Origin: Stegostoma tigrinum
Taxonomy: Eukaryota
Reading direction: 5' to 3'
Assembly (NCBI RefSeq): GCF_030684315.1
Contig: NC_081385.1
Location: forward strand, 21,481,247 to 21,545,246
DNA length: 64,000 bases
The stretch's first letter is position 1. Every line of letters starts with the position of its first letter. Under the pieces are notes generated by a model. The model did no database searches and was not told the origin of the DNA. It saw nothing but the letters and a program-made list of their open reading frames with translations. The translations under genes were made by a program, and so were the position numbers. Shown here piece after piece: positions 26,401 through 39,989 of this stretch.

Positions 26401-29400
26401 GTTTTCTATGTCTAGCACTTTGAGGTACTGAATTCCAGACACCCCCCATCTGTCAGCAAACATTTCTCATCGTCCTTCTGTTCCTACTGCCAAATACTTC
26501 AAACCTATGCCTCAATTTAATAACATCACAAGTAAAGGTTAATAAAACTTCTTATACACTCTATCCTTACCATCCAATTCTGTATTTCTCTTCAAAATTT
26601 TTCAGAATTCCAATATTCATGACTCTTTCAGTAATTCATAATTTCTCAATTAAATAAGTTGGCTCTAATTTTAAGTTTCTGTTCCCTTATCCTGAACTCT
26701 TTGACGCAACAGAAGTTTCATTTTTGCACAATCTATAAATCACTATCAAAATAACCCCATAAAATTCCAAAGAGTATGGTCTACATGATGAATTTATGTA
26801 ATCTTTTCAACTTAACCCTAAGAATCTGGAGAATTCACACTGGAAAAAGTGCAACATCCTCTATAAAAAGTGTACTGCTCCAGATGTAGCCAGGGTTTTG
26901 CGATACACCTTCTTCAATATTCTACTTTGGAGATATAAAAGGTTAGTTTTCTATAAATTGAGTATTGTTTGTACCTGACCAAAATCTTTTAGTTACATAT
27001 AGACAGACCATTAAAAACTTACTTGGAGCTTGACTGTTCCAAACTTCTTCTTATTTTAGAACTCAAATCTATTCTTTCCTTTTGGTCAAAAATGGACAAC
27101 TTCTCATGAAATCTTTTTAATCTACTCTTGTCTCTAATTTTATACTCTTCGCGGTATGATTTATTATGGCTACAATTTCGAATATCGGCAAACTAAACCT
27201 TGTCATGTATGACTAATTATCTCATGATCAATGAGCTAAATTAATATACAGTTGTGCACGGGTATTATTAATACTGAAATGTCCAAAAATCTGTCTTCAC
27301 TTCACTTTTACAAAGAATGTACACGAAGAAGGAAGATAAAACATTTTCACACACCAAATGTCACTAGTTTTAACTGTGGATGCATGGCCTTCACAACGAT
27401 ATGAGAAAATAAGAAAAAAATGACAAAGTTGGTAATTTGCAAAATTCATTAGACACAAAAGAATTACAATTCAAAATGTGAAATAGATATTACATTTAAG
27501 ATCAAACTTTTCTGGTATGTGAACAATACCAATTACACAGAATCACATAACAGGGTATATGCCAAACTTATCAGGAATCAATAAAGTCTGACCCAAGCAG
27601 GTCTTCCTACAAAAATGTATGATATATTTAAAAATATTGCACATTTACAGACTAATTACAAGCTGTACAACAGCTAAATAGCATAGAAATTTAGACAGCA
27701 GTGCAATTCTCCTAGTATTAAAGATTCCTCTTCCTTAGCTGGCAACAGCTAACATTCCCATGTCAAAAACACAGGGAACAAAATCAAAAGACCTTGCAAC
27801 AATTGACTTCAAGTTAAAGAAACCAAGATTTTTGTTCACCCATTATCAGAAAAAAAATTCAGTTATTTTAAAAAGGTGGCTATAAGATACATTAAAGTCG
27901 AAACTTTTGATCTTCGACTCATCAGGAGAAAGAAAACGAAACTAAACTTTGAGAGGCAACACTAATTTATACAGTATGAAAAGAGGGTGTCAACTGATAG
28001 AGGACCAGCAGTACGAACCATTAACCATCTTAATTACCTGGTTAACCTCAGAACAGGAAGGTAGACTGAGTACTCAGGACATCGCAAATCTATTACTGTG
28101 ATCCTCATGATAGTCTCCCTAACTTTTTGTTGAAAAAAGCAAGTGTAAAGTACGTACACCCCTGTTTCGCCTGCATAAAACAAGGTTTATTTTGTTTTTA
28201 AAAGAAAAGTAATGGTTATATTAAAAACCTGTACAAATATGTTTTCTTTAATTCTGAATGGTTATCTTTGCTTTTTTTTGCTGGTGAACTAAGACCAGAG
28301 AATACATTATTAAATCATTACAACTGTAAAAAGGTACATAAGAAAACACAATATATACATTTGTTTCAGTGGGCAATAAAAACAGTAAAAATTTGGTTAG
28401 GTGCAACTTTAACACAAACAATGAGAAAACTAAAAACAAACATTAGTAACTAAATACCCATCAACAGGAAATATCCGCTCTCTAAATTTATTCTAACCAG
28501 AATGTTCCTGCTATACAGCTATTCCTTGAAAAGGACCCATTCTGTTACTGAAAAGGCCAACGCCGCTTCTAGGTAGCAATATAGTGATTCCACTTCTATT
28601 GCGAGTATCAGTACAAACCAAGAAACAGGAAAACAGCAACAATTTTTATAAACGGGCACTAACAACTGTGTACGTTTAGTATGAGGTGCAAGAGGCTAAA
28701 GTCACACACTAGTTCCCTACATTTATGCATCCCAAATGTGGTTTATAATTTTATCACCAAGATCAGAGTTGGTTTGACAGAGAACATGCTGATTTCTTGC
28801 ACACCACACTAAACTTCTATCAGGAGCATGCTACTTCCCAGCACAGAGAGAAGCTAAGTAACAGCTCATTTACATAAATGAGCAGATTCAAATTATCATC
28901 TGCCATTCTTGAAATTCCTTGCTGTGTCTGATTGCTTTACTGGAGCTTGACAATTTTTTTTCTGTGTTTAAAAAAATTATTTATTGCGTGGTTACTGTAT
29001 GAACAGATATCCAATCTTTTAAGTAATTTTAATAGCACTGTCTATGCCTCAGTGAGTTCATCACACACTATTTAAAAATTAGCATACAAATGTACCTATA
29101 AAATTAATTTTGTGGATCCAGTTTAATAACTAATTTTTTTTCAGTAGCCCTAATGCTGCTAACAGAAGTCTCATCAGTCAGCAGTCCCTCTCAGCTGAGC
29201 AGAATGCTGCATGTACTTGCCAGTTAGTTGGCAAAATTTGTAAAAAAAAAGCACCGGCTGGAGGAGCACCAACATTGGAGGCAGGCTAAAAGTAAAAATT
29301 ACAATCAACTGTTCATCACACTAATACCTTTTGAAGTAACACTCTTCAACAAGAAAAGTCAGTGTCTCAATGAATCATCAACAGAGCGGGAAGAGAGATT

Positions 29401-30018
29401 TAGTACAACTGTAGTCTGCACAACATTTTTTAAAAAAAGTCCAAAACTTCTATCTGCTTTGGCACTCAATTTAAGTCTTGCATCTGCATTATAACTAAGT
29501 AGATTCCACACATGCAATCTGAGCCGAACATAAAACCACGTTCTTACTCCTCTGCGGCATACTTAATACTCTAAAAAATTTTCATTTTACTGGCACATCT
29601 CACTATGCAATTACCACCAAGGCAGGTCACATTGTTAAAGGTCACCAGAATCAGATGAGAAAGTTGCATCACCTCACTCCGCTCCAGGCAAAGCACCATT
29701 AGAATTTTTTTTAAAATCACAAGTAGCTACTGATGCAAAAATTAGCATTAAGGGGTTGGATAAGTTTACAAGTGGAAAGGGAACAAGATTAGAGTCATAA
29801 ATAGGCTAAGAGGTCTTCTGTGTTTTATATTGTACAAACAGGGAACATTCGTGCAGTCATCCCAATCTGCCCATAGAGAAAGTTACAATAATGTATATAA
29901 TTTTTTTTAACATTAGGAAGTATTCCAGCTTAGTTTGCTTTCACTGAGCATTCAGTCAAGTTCCAAACGTTCAGAGAGAAAGGGATTAACTCAACCCCAA
30001 ACTGACAATGTAAGTTTA

Positions 30019-30441
30019 TTACCAATTTCGACGCCTGTTGCTGCGAGAGTGCTCCCTCCTGTAATCATACTCCCAACGTCTATTGTGTTGTGAGCTTTGG
30101 TCATGTTGGAGCTCTGGCTCACGGTTTCCTCTATAATACTGCTCTGAATTGTGATCCTGGAAGTGAGCATCTCGAGTGAAATAACCATTATCTGATCGAT
30201 AGGATGAATAGCTCTGCTGCCTCTGAGTGTTTGAAGTCGATTTTTCAGAATGCCACATCATTCGTGAATTTGGACTGGATGACCGTGGCTGTGAAGGGGT
30301 GCTATAATTCTGAGGTGTGGCCTGTTGATTAGAAGATGTACCTCGATAGGACTGTTGCAGAGTGGATCGATTGTTAGCATTAGCCTGCTGCAGACTGTAA
30401 TTCTGCTGCCCTCCCCTGGCCTGCTGCCACATGTTGTTCAC
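30019..30441 (-). CDS. RBM7: RBM7 last coding exon (Q/S/R-rich low-complexity C-terminus)
   Basis: ttaacttgtag acceptor; 140-codon open frame [11 protein letters not shown]...[12 protein letters not shown] (ORF track 30019..30441). Confidence 0.88.
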   Translation of the reverse strand: MNNMWQQARGGQQNYSLQQANANNRSTLQQSYRGTSSNQQATPQNYSTPSQPRSSSPNSRMMWHSEKSTSNTQRQQSYSSYRSDNGYFTRDAHFQDHNSEQYYRGNREPELQHDQSSQHNRRWEYDYRREHSRSNRRRNW

Positions 30442-33400
30442 CTACAAGTTAAAAATCAAATTGTTTACATATCAGCACAATTCAATCACAGCTAAGAAAG
30501 GACCTCTTGATCCATCTCAAAAAGAAACTAGCTAGAAGATACAGTTTCAATTGGAACACAAAGAGAAGTGGAGCATTTTCATTAAGGTGGGGAAATAAAC
30601 TTTCAAAAAGGAGTTGGATAAATCCTTGGGAAAGAAATAAATGACAGACTGACTGGCCTCTGCAGATAGATTGCAGGGTAAGGTTAATTGGCTAGCTCTT
30701 TTGAAACAGGAAGAGGAGGAAAGAACCCATCTGTAACTCAAGACTGGGTGTAACCCGACAGAAAATATTGTAAACTGAACTGTAACAGATACATCAATTT
30801 TTACAGGACTGATGATGGACTAGTGGTAAGGGAGTGGTAATGTGGACTAGCAATCCAGAGACTGAGACTAATGTTCTGGGGACATAGATTCAAATCTGTT
30901 GGGAGGTGGTGAAATTTCAAATGAATATAACAGGTTACGTGGTTGCCATTGAGCCAATGATGGCAATTTGATAAACTTATTTTGTTTCAACAATGCTCCT
31001 TAGGGAAGGAAATATTACCAGGTCTTGCCTACATGTGACTGAATAATCAATACAATGCTGTGGCGTGCAATGTCCTCAACAAGCCACACAGTTCAAGGGC
31101 AATGTGGGATGGGAAATTAACGCTGGCCTAGATAACAACACCACACCCCATGTACAAAACATATGTAAACATATGAATTAGGAACAAGAGTAGTCACTGA
31201 GCCCCTCATGCCAGCTCTGCTATTTGATAAGGTCATGGCTGATCTAGAAATTCAACACCATCCATGTCACCACTGCCATTTCATACTTATGAGTTCCCAA
31301 GTATCCTATTTTAAACTCTGATAGTATTCTGGCAATTTCCATAAGACAGATGTTAGGCGAATTAATCTATTGTCTTTCTTCTTGAACAAAAGATGTTACA
31401 TTAATTATTTTCAAATATGTGGGAACTTTGCAGAGTCAAAGCATGCTAATATGAAGTGTTTGTCATACAAATAACTCCAGAATAGGGACACAAAAACAAC
31501 ACAAAATTACATTAATCTTAAAATAAAGAGAGGATATGAACGGGGTGGGGGGGAACAAATCCTGTGATGAATTCATTAATTTTTGTTTCAGCAATTTCAA
31601 AGCTAAGAAGAGTAATAGTTGACTAAAGATTGTGAAAGGAGAGCAGGCATTGGCCTAGTGGCATTATGATTAGTGCCTCATTGATTAATCCAGACACCCT
31701 GGTAATGTTCATGGCAGATGGTGGAACTTGAATTCAATAACAAAGAGTTTAATGACGACCATGAAATCATTATCCATTATCCATTGTCCATTGTCAGGAA
31801 AAACCTTTCTGGTTCACTAATGTCCTTTAGGAATGGAAGCCAACAGCTTTACCTCGTCACATCCATATACATTACTCCAAACTAGAAAGGATGACTCTTA
31901 ACAGCCTCTGGGCAATTATAGAAAAGCAATAAATGCTGGTCATAACAGTGAAACCCAAAACCTATGAAGTAATGTATAAAAATCAAAATATTCCAGGTTG
32001 ACACATTAGTTCATGCCACTAACAGGGGTGTGACATTGTGGGAGGGTTTTAATAGGTCACACAGATCAGTTCAGTCGTCTGAGTGTTAAATCAGAAGGGG
32101 CATGAAGAGATCTCATGCAGCAAAATATGCTGCTATTACTTGGGTCCATGCAGTTGGAGCTGAGAAAGCTGCAGACAATCACTGACTGTGTTCCTTGCTA
32201 GTTTGGTCTCAGGGACGCCTCAGGCACTTACTAGCTAAGTGGAAACAAAGATGTCTGCTAGAGAGCTGGCAGTTAGCAAGGTTCAGCTCAGGACAGCTAG
32301 AGAAGTCACAACTGGGATGATAATTAATGCAGTAGTACAACTTTGTGAATCCAGCAAACACAATCTCAAGAGAAGTGATTAAGTAACTGGGAGGAAGGCA
32401 GTCATTAAAACGGTCTAGGTTGGAACAATTTTTGAGAGCAATCAGAAGCTAAAATCCTTGAAAAAGACAAGAGACACAATTCCTTTAAAGGAAAATATTT
32501 TGTGATTCAGCGATCACTCTTGACTGGCGAGTTGCTGTATGCGGGATCTACCTTGGTCATGCACACTATTTGACATGCAGTTTGTGGTGTATTCCACGAC
32601 AATTAATCCATTATTACCACTCATTACTTCTGGATGATTGTCCAGGATGTGCTTTCTGAGCTTTCGTACACTAAAACTTTCATGTTTGCTAACAAACTGT
32701 GAAATCTTGTGGGCTTACTCTCTAAATAACCGAGATTTCAAATCATTTAATAAAAAGATCAACAATTCCTAAACTGATCATAATCAAACTTGGACGTCTC
32801 ATCAGGGATTAGAGCAGTTCTTAAAAGAATCAAATCTCCATATTATTGCTCCACCTAATTTTCACTTATGGAAATGAAGTGCAGTATGAACTTAATGCAT
32901 AACATGTAGAATAAATGACAGTATACAATTGGTAGAGTAAAAATTTTATTAAAAATACTTTTCATAACATGTGCTTTTACTTACCACAACCTGCCTCTGA
33001 AGGCTATCAGGTGAACAAAATGATTTCTGTACTGGCTGTGGGGTCGCAAAGATTGAAGAACCCATATTATCCATACCATGGCCGAACCTGTCAGAGCAAA
33101 CAAGAGAATTTTCAATAAAATCACAAAAGAAAAGCCAAGAGAAACAAAAATTTTCAGAACTACAGGAATTTGTTCAAATCCAAATAATGTCAATGTTGCA
33201 AAAGCAATGCCATGGGTATACTCCAATCTCCAATCCTCAACAACGATTTATTACTAATGTCACTCTCTTTCCACTTCCACCTTAACAATGTAACAACACT
33301 GGGGTACAAAGTGCGACCTTTGGGTCATAGGGACCAGGGCAATAAAGGGTCAATCAAAAAGTCTAAAGGCATATAGTTTATTACTGCCGGTGGCTTTGGT

Positions 33401-36400
33401 CATCATCAGCAAGACACATACACAAGGTATTGGAATATTGAGTTCAGTTCTGGTCACCTCATTATATGAAGGATGTGGAAGCTTTAGAGAGAGTGCAGAG
33501 GAGACTTACCAGGATGCTTGCCTGGACTGGACAGCAGGTCTTATGAGGAAAGGTTGAGGGAGCTAGGGCTTTTTTCATTGGAGCGAAGAAGGATGAGAGG
33601 TGACTTGATAGAGGTGTACAAGGCGATGAGAAGCACAGACAGAGTGGATAGTCAGAGATATTTTCCCCAGGGTAGAAATGACTATTACGAGGGGGCATAA
33701 TTTTAAGGTGATAGGAGGAAGATACAGGAAATGTCAGAGGTAGGTATATCTCACAGAGAGTAGTCAGCGTGTGGAATGTGCTGCCGGCAGCGGTCAGTGA
33801 AGTCGGATACCTTGAGACTTTTCAGTGACTCATGGATAGGTACATGGAGGATAGTAAAATGTAGGGTATGCAGGGTAGTTTGATCTTAGTAGGATAATAA
33901 GTTGTACAACATCATGGGCGAAAGGACCTGTACTGCGCTGTACTGCTCTATGTTCTGTGTATTAATATCTTTACAAATAAACGAATGCAGTAATGCACAG
34001 GACAAGGCACACCTGTCTTCGACAATGAAAGGAAAATAGTTAGCAAAAACAGAAATTGCTGGAAAAGATCAGGACGTCTGCCAGCATCTGTAAAGAGAAA
34101 TCAGAGTTAACATTTCAGGTCCAGCGACCCTTTCTCAGAGCCGGGAAAATCTTTATTTGACATGGGATGTTTTACCTGCTGAGTGATTGTTCAATCTTAT
34201 TTAGCTATTATCTCAAGGCTGCGATTTCAATCATTGTCCGAATTGCTCATAAATGAGCTAAAAATGAATGATGACTAAAATTGCACTTCATCCGAATCCA
34301 TTCAAATTTACCTAAATAATCGTAAGATCTTTAATACAATGCTTAGCATCCCAAGTGTTTCCTGTCACCACTTTATTCCACAGCTGCAATGTAGCGCACG
34401 TACTAACCTTGGAAGTGATGTCCACTTGCATCAAGGATGAATTTTACATTAGATTTTTCACACAACTATAACTAACCAAGCACAAGCTGCCAACATTTCC
34501 CAAACATAAATGAGTACTGTCAGTATCCATTTCAACTTTCACCTCCAATCCTGAAAGATATAGATTCAACAATCCTAAAAAAAACTTATGAAAAAGCCTC
34601 CAAGAAGTGTTTTATACTTGAAGTAGATTGCATTTCTTTTAAAAAGTCTAATATAGCAAATAGACTGCGTTCTTAGCTAACATACAGAACTGAAAACAAA
34701 ATAGCTGAACAATCACAAATAATGTTTATACCGATTATTGCTGAACTGGTTAGAATTGTAGGGAGGAGTGAAAGAAGCAGCTGAATTCTGAGACTGGTTT
34801 CCTTCCCGAGTTTCATGGACACTACCTAGAAACAGGAGACAAATTTACTGTCAATTTTAAGTACAATATTTGTTGTGATTTTCTTGCATTTGGAAGAATC
34901 AAAAAGTAAATACCTGTTATGTGTTTACAATATTTGGTGTGCAGATACATAGATCCCTTAAAACGGCCACCCAAGTGGTCAGGGTTGTTAAGAAAGCATA
35001 TGGTGTTTTGGCTTTCATTAACAGGGGGTTTGAGTTTAAGAGTCGTGAGATCTTGTTGCAACTCTATAAAACTTTGGTTAGACCGCACTTGGAATACTGC
35101 GTCCAGTTCTGGTCGCCCTATTATAGGAAGGATGTGGATGCTTTGGAGAGGGTTCAGAGGAGGTTTACCAGGATGCTGCCTGGACTGGAGGAGGGCTTAT
35201 CTTATGAAGAGAGGTTGACTGAGCTCGGTCTCTTTTCATTGGAGAAAAGGAGGAGGAGAGGGGACCTAACTGAGGTATATAAGATAATGAGAGGCATAGA
35301 TAGAGTTGATAGCCAGAGACGATTTCCCAGGGCAGAAATGGCTAGCACAAGGGGTCATAGTTTTAAGCTGGTTGGAGGAAAGTATAGAGGGGATGTCAGA
35401 GGCGGGTTCTTTACACAGAGAGTTGTGAGAGCATGGAATGCGTTGCCAGCAGCAGTTGTGGAAGCAAGGTCATTGGGGTCATTTAAGAGACTGCTGGACA
35501 TGCATATGGTCACAGAAATTTGAGGATGCATACATGAGGATCAATGGTCGGCACAACATTGTGGGCTGAAGGGCCTGTTCTGTGCTGTACTGTTCTATGT
35601 TCTATAAGTCAATGGCAGTTTGCTTTCTATTAAGATTTAATGTCCATCATGCTGCTTGCCTCCCCTCATTCATAAACCATTTGAATTCTCTACTATCAAT
35701 TTTTTCCCCTGCAACAGTTTAAACAGAGGTATTGCCACTGTAATGAAAATCATCTAAAATATCTTCAGCACAGACCTCTATCCACTGAAGACCAATGGTG
35801 ACAGCAATATCACAGCCCATTTGCAAGGTACCAGATCAAGAAGCCGTTTCTACCATGAAAGCACAAAATCCAACATCTATATTTAAAAACTTAGAGTATG
35901 TTTACTGAGGAAGAATTTTTCATCCAATACAAAGTCAAAATTGGTTCCACAAAAGATACATATATAATTGAACTCATTTTTAGATGGATCCATTGCAGTT
36001 ATTATTGGTAGTTTCTGTTGTTCATTTTGGTGGGATGTGGGCATCACTGGCTGGCCAACATTTGTTGCCAGTTCCTAGTTGCCCTTAAGGCAGTAGTGAG
36101 ATGCCTTCTTGAACCGCTGCAGTGCACCTGCTGTGGGTTGACCCACAATGCCATTAGGGAGGGAATTCCAGGATTTGGACCCAGTGTAGGAATGGCAATA
36201 TATTTCTAAGCCAGGACGGCGAGTGGCTTGGAGGGCTACTTGAAGGCGGTGGTGTTCCCACATATCTGCCACCCTTGTCCTACTAGACAGGAGTGGTTGT
36301 TGATTTGGAAGGTGCTCCCTGAAAATCTTTGGTGAATTTCTACAGTACATCTTGTAGATAGCACATACTGTTGCTACGGATCGGTGGCAGAAGGAATGGA

Positions 36401-39400
36401 TGCTTGTGGATACTTGTGTCGTTGGAGCTGCATACATCCAGGTAAGTGGCAAGTATTCCATCACACTCCTGACTTGTGCCTTGTAGATGGAGGACAGGCT
36501 TTCAGGAAACAGGAAGTGAGTTACTTGCTGCAGTATTCCTAGCCTCTGACCTGCAAGTCCAGTTGCGCTTCTGGCCAATGATAACTCTCAGATGTTGACA
36601 GTGGGGGATTCAGTAAAGGTAACATCAATGAATGTCAAGGGTCAGTGGTGAGACTGTCACTTCTTATGGTCATGGCCTGGCATGTGTGACACAAATACTT
36701 GCCAATGGTCAGCCCAAAACTGGATACTGTCCAGCTCTTGTTGCATTTGGACACAAACTGCTTCAGTGTCTGAGGAGTCGTAATTTGCAATGTTCAGCAC
36801 CCATCATCGAACATCCCCACTTCTGACCTTATGACGGAGGGAAGGTCATTGATGAAGCAGCTGAAGATGATTGCACCTAGGACACTACCCTTAAAAACTC
36901 CTGCAGAGATGTCCTGGAGCTGAGATGGCTGACCTCCAACAACAGCCATCATCCTATGTATCAGGTTTGAATCAAGCCACAAGGGAGTTTGTCCCCGATA
37001 CCCACTGATTCCAGTTTTACTAGGGGTCCTTAACGCCACATTCAGTCAGGTGTGTTGCAAAGTTGTGTAGAGTACTTGTGAATTGGAAGAGAGAAAGTTA
37101 GAATTTGTTTGTGAAAAAAAGTGATGAGGTGGGGGGTGAAAAAAAAGTGTGTAGGCCCTTTAAGAGGTGACGTGCTTTTCTAAGCTTGGAGGTTTAGACA
37201 AAAATGTCTGGAGCAGCTGCAGATGTACAGATAGTTCGGAAATTAAACCAAATGTATCAACTGGCTGTGTGGTTGAAAACCTAGGCTTGGATGACAGCCA
37301 ATTAATTTAAACCAGGCACTTAAGAGACCAATCGAATTTAAATCTGATGGTGTTAACAACCTAAAATCAATCTTATCATTAGAAAGTCAACAGAGGCATC
37401 AAGGGTATATAAAAGGATTTTTGAAAATCAGGATGAGCAAGAAGTGCCATCAGAAGAGTATAAAATTCTGGCCCTCAGAGAAATCTTTAGGCTGTCTGAT
37501 TAAGCACCATCTAAAAAAGTACCACTGCACTCTCAGCCAATATCCCTGACATCACAATTCAACAAACAAAGGTGTTCCTGGCTGCGGATCAGCCGTGGGG
37601 GAGCGGAGCACTCCAAAGATGCATCCTGACTGTAGTTTTGACAGCATAAGTTTTAATTTTTGTTTTCTTACTACTTTGGATTATATAAGCAGGATTTGTA
37701 TTTATTGGAACAGTGTACCATTCAAATTTTGTTTTATTAGGGAATAGTTAGTAATTAAGGGGGAGTTGTTTGCTTTGTTCTGTTAATTTGTTCACTGTTA
37801 AGAGTTAGATAAATAAATTGTTACTTGTTGATTAAAATTATTAAAATTGTTACTTGTTGATTAAAGAATTTCATTTCATTTAACCTCTCCTTTATAACAG
37901 ATTGGGAGGCATGAGGCAGATTACACCATTTTTCCCCATTTCCTTTAACAGATTACAAGGCGAAGCGACCTTCTCTGGGTGCTTTGGTTTTAATTATCAG
38001 AGGGGTTCAAACCACCCCTCCATAACAAATGCAGCCTTGATGTCAAGTGTTGTCAGTCACCTCATCTCTGGAATTCAGCTCTGTTGTCCACGTTTGAACG
38101 AAGACTGCAATGAGTTCAGGAACTGAGTGGCTCCGGCAGAACCCAAACTGGGCATCACTGAGCAGATGCTGCATGACAGCACTGTTGATAACACCTTCTA
38201 TTACTTTACTGATAATGGACAGTAGAATAATGGGGTGGTAATTGGCCAGATTGGATTTGCCCTGTTTTTTACATACAGGACACACTTTCCAATTTTCCAC
38301 ATTGCCAAGGAGATACCAGTGTTGTAACTATATTGGAACAGTTTGGCTAGGGGAACAGCGAGTTCTGCAGCACAAGTCTTCAGTCCTATTACCAGGATGT
38401 TGACAGAGCCAGAAGCTCTTGCAGTATCCAATGCTTCCAATCATTTCTTGACATCACGTAGAGTGAATCAAATTGGCTAAAGACCGGTATCTGTAATACT
38501 GGAGGCTGCTGGAGAAGGCCAAGATGGATCATCCACTCAATTGTGAACAGTGATGCGAAAACTTCTGCCTTATCTTTTGCACTGATGGGCTCTTCCATCT
38601 TGAGAATTAGGATATTTGCGGACCCTCCTCCTCCACCTCCAATGAATTGTTTAAGTTGCCTACCACCATTCGTGACAGGAATGTGGCAGGACTGCAGAGC
38701 TTAGATCTGAATTTTTGGTTGTAGGATCACTTAGCTCTATCACTTTCTGCTTATGCTGTTTGGTATGCAGGTAGTCCTCCTCTTCAGCTATGCCTGGTGC
38801 TGTTCCTGGCATGGTTGATCCCTGGCTTGATGGTAATGGTTGAATGGGGAATATGCCAGGCCATGAGACTACAGATTATGCTCAGTCTAATTCCACTTGT
38901 TGATGACCCACAGTCCTCATGGATACTCAGTCTTAAGTTCCGAGATCTGTGCGAAGTTTGTTCCATTTAGTACAGTAACGGTGCTACATAACACAATGGA
39001 AATACCTCTTAGCTCACTTTACTGCAACCAGTTCAAATATCACACTTGGACAAGTTTATATTCTCTCCGATTCAGAAAAAGGTGCAGTGAAAAATTAAAA
39101 GCAGCCTACCCGAATTCAAGCCATCACCCAATAAGGCAGGAAATAAACTGGAGTAATTAAGCATTTCTGACTTTACCTGATCTGAACTGGATCTTGATAG
39201 CCTTTCCGTAGAGTTGTATTCCATTCAACAAGTTTTTCCCATAATGGACGGACTCCACGTGTTTGAAATGCACGAATGCGTACTGCTTTGATTTTCCATC
39301 CTTGTCCTTGGGGATCTTTACACCAAGGAGTGGGCCAGACTGGCAAAGAAAAAAAAACGAAATGAGGGAGGATACTTATATTTAAAATCAAATAGCGGGG

Positions 39401-39934
39401 AAAAGGGGAAAAGCATGAACTTTGAAAAAGTGCCTTGGAATTTACAGTAACACATGAGAACCAGAGTGAAGTTGGGGAATTTCAAACAAACCTGTCTGCT
39501 AAGTATGTAATCAACCAGTAAATAGAAAATTTGCTCCAGTGTCTCATAAGTGAAAATAGCCAAAGTTGTACAGCACGAATGAAACGTGTGGCTGGCTGAC
39601 TGGCTGGGAAATATGAGGGTATTTGTTTCAAATTATCGGTAAATTTCAGACAAGTTTTTGCTGACGGCTGCACAAAGCCGAATGAACAGTGGCTCGGCCG
39701 ATTCATTAAACGGCGATAAAATCAAACTAAGTAAACGTGGAGACAAAAATGAAACTGGATTTAAAATTAAAAGGAACGGTCCCGGTCAAGAAACGGAGAC
39801 AAGTTCACTCCAGCCCGAGGCCTCACTAGGCCTAGGCCCACCTGCAGAAACAATTCAAATAGAAGCTCCTCCGTTACTCTCTGATCCAGATTCCCGATGA
39901 ACAGCATCTTATCCGCATCATTTGATACTCCCAT
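30019..39934 (-). CDS. RBM7: RNA-binding protein 7 (NEXT complex RRM subunit), whole gene span, 5 coding exons: 39934-39842, 39339-39177, 34825-34732, 33087-32985, 30441-30019 (876 nt, 291 aa)
   Basis: Spliced translation [31 protein letters not shown]|[55 protein letters not shown]... is the RBM7/RBM11-type RRM. The [15 protein letters not shown] motif resembles human RBM7 QRSFSSPENFQRQAV. All introns are GT-AG with phases 0,1,2,0. Linkage to REXO2 favours RBM7 over RBM11. Confidence 0.93.
30810..31155 (+). mobile_element. DeuSINE-like SINE in RBM7 intron 4
   Basis: Similarity to 2361-2715. Confidence 0.6.
31640..31975 (+). mobile_element. DeuSINE-like SINE in RBM7 intron 4
   Basis: Similarity to 2361-2715 (gcagatggtggaa.ttgaattcaataa; gcaataaatgctgg). 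Confidence 0.65.
32985..33087 (-). CDS. RBM7: RBM7 coding exon 4
   Basis: ctctgacag acceptor; 103 nt; [34 protein letters not shown]; gtaagt donor. Confidence 0.88.
33425..33960 (+). mobile_element. CR1 LINE 3' fragment
   Basis: [34 protein letters not shown]; tgtactgctctatgttct tail. Confidence 0.85.
34732..34825 (-). CDS. RBM7: RBM7 coding exon 3
   Basis: gtttctag acceptor; 94 nt, phase 1 to 2; [32 protein letters not shown]; gtataa donor; keeps exons 2 and 4 in frame. Confidence 0.8.
34930..35605 (+). mobile_element. Young 5'-truncated CR1 LINE
   Basis: Open 200-aa ORF2 C-terminus ([19 protein letters not shown]...[14 protein letters not shown]); (tgttcta)n tail. Confidence 0.9.
36015..39000 (-). 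mobile_element. CR1/L2-like LINE (RT region), interrupted by an LTR-like insert
   Basis: [44 protein letters not shown] and [12 protein letters not shown]; the sequence rejoins across 37052/38028. Confidence 0.8.
37053..38027 (+). mobile_element. Solo LTR-like element
   Basis: TGTTG...TAACA ends; TATA-like and AATAAA motifs; splits the LINE at cagtca/aatgcagcc; homologous to 47324-48314. Confidence 0.7.
39177..39339 (-). CDS. RBM7: RBM7 coding exon 2 (RNP1, KQYAFVHF)
   Basis: ttctttgccag acceptor; 163 nt; [27 protein letters not shown]...IKIQFRS; gtaaag donor. Confidence 0.95.
39842..39934 (-). CDS. RBM7: RBM7 coding exon 1 (RNP2, LFIGNL)
   Basis: ACCACCATGG Kozak context; encodes [31 protein letters not shown]; followed by a GT donor. 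Confidence 0.93.
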
Positions 39935-39989
39935 GGTGGTTTCAAATTAACCTCTACCCGTTTCACCTTCCCCTTAAACCAGATTTAGT

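Noticed and set aside
32029-32804. Possible solo LTR (TGTGA...TCATCA, flanks gggg/ggga) in RBM7 intron 4
   Set aside because: Termini and TSD are imperfect and there is no second copy in the window; cannot be supported without a repeat library.
37810-37865. Short tandem duplication aaattgttacttgttgattaaa x2
   Set aside because: Ordinary slippage duplication inside an LTR remnant.
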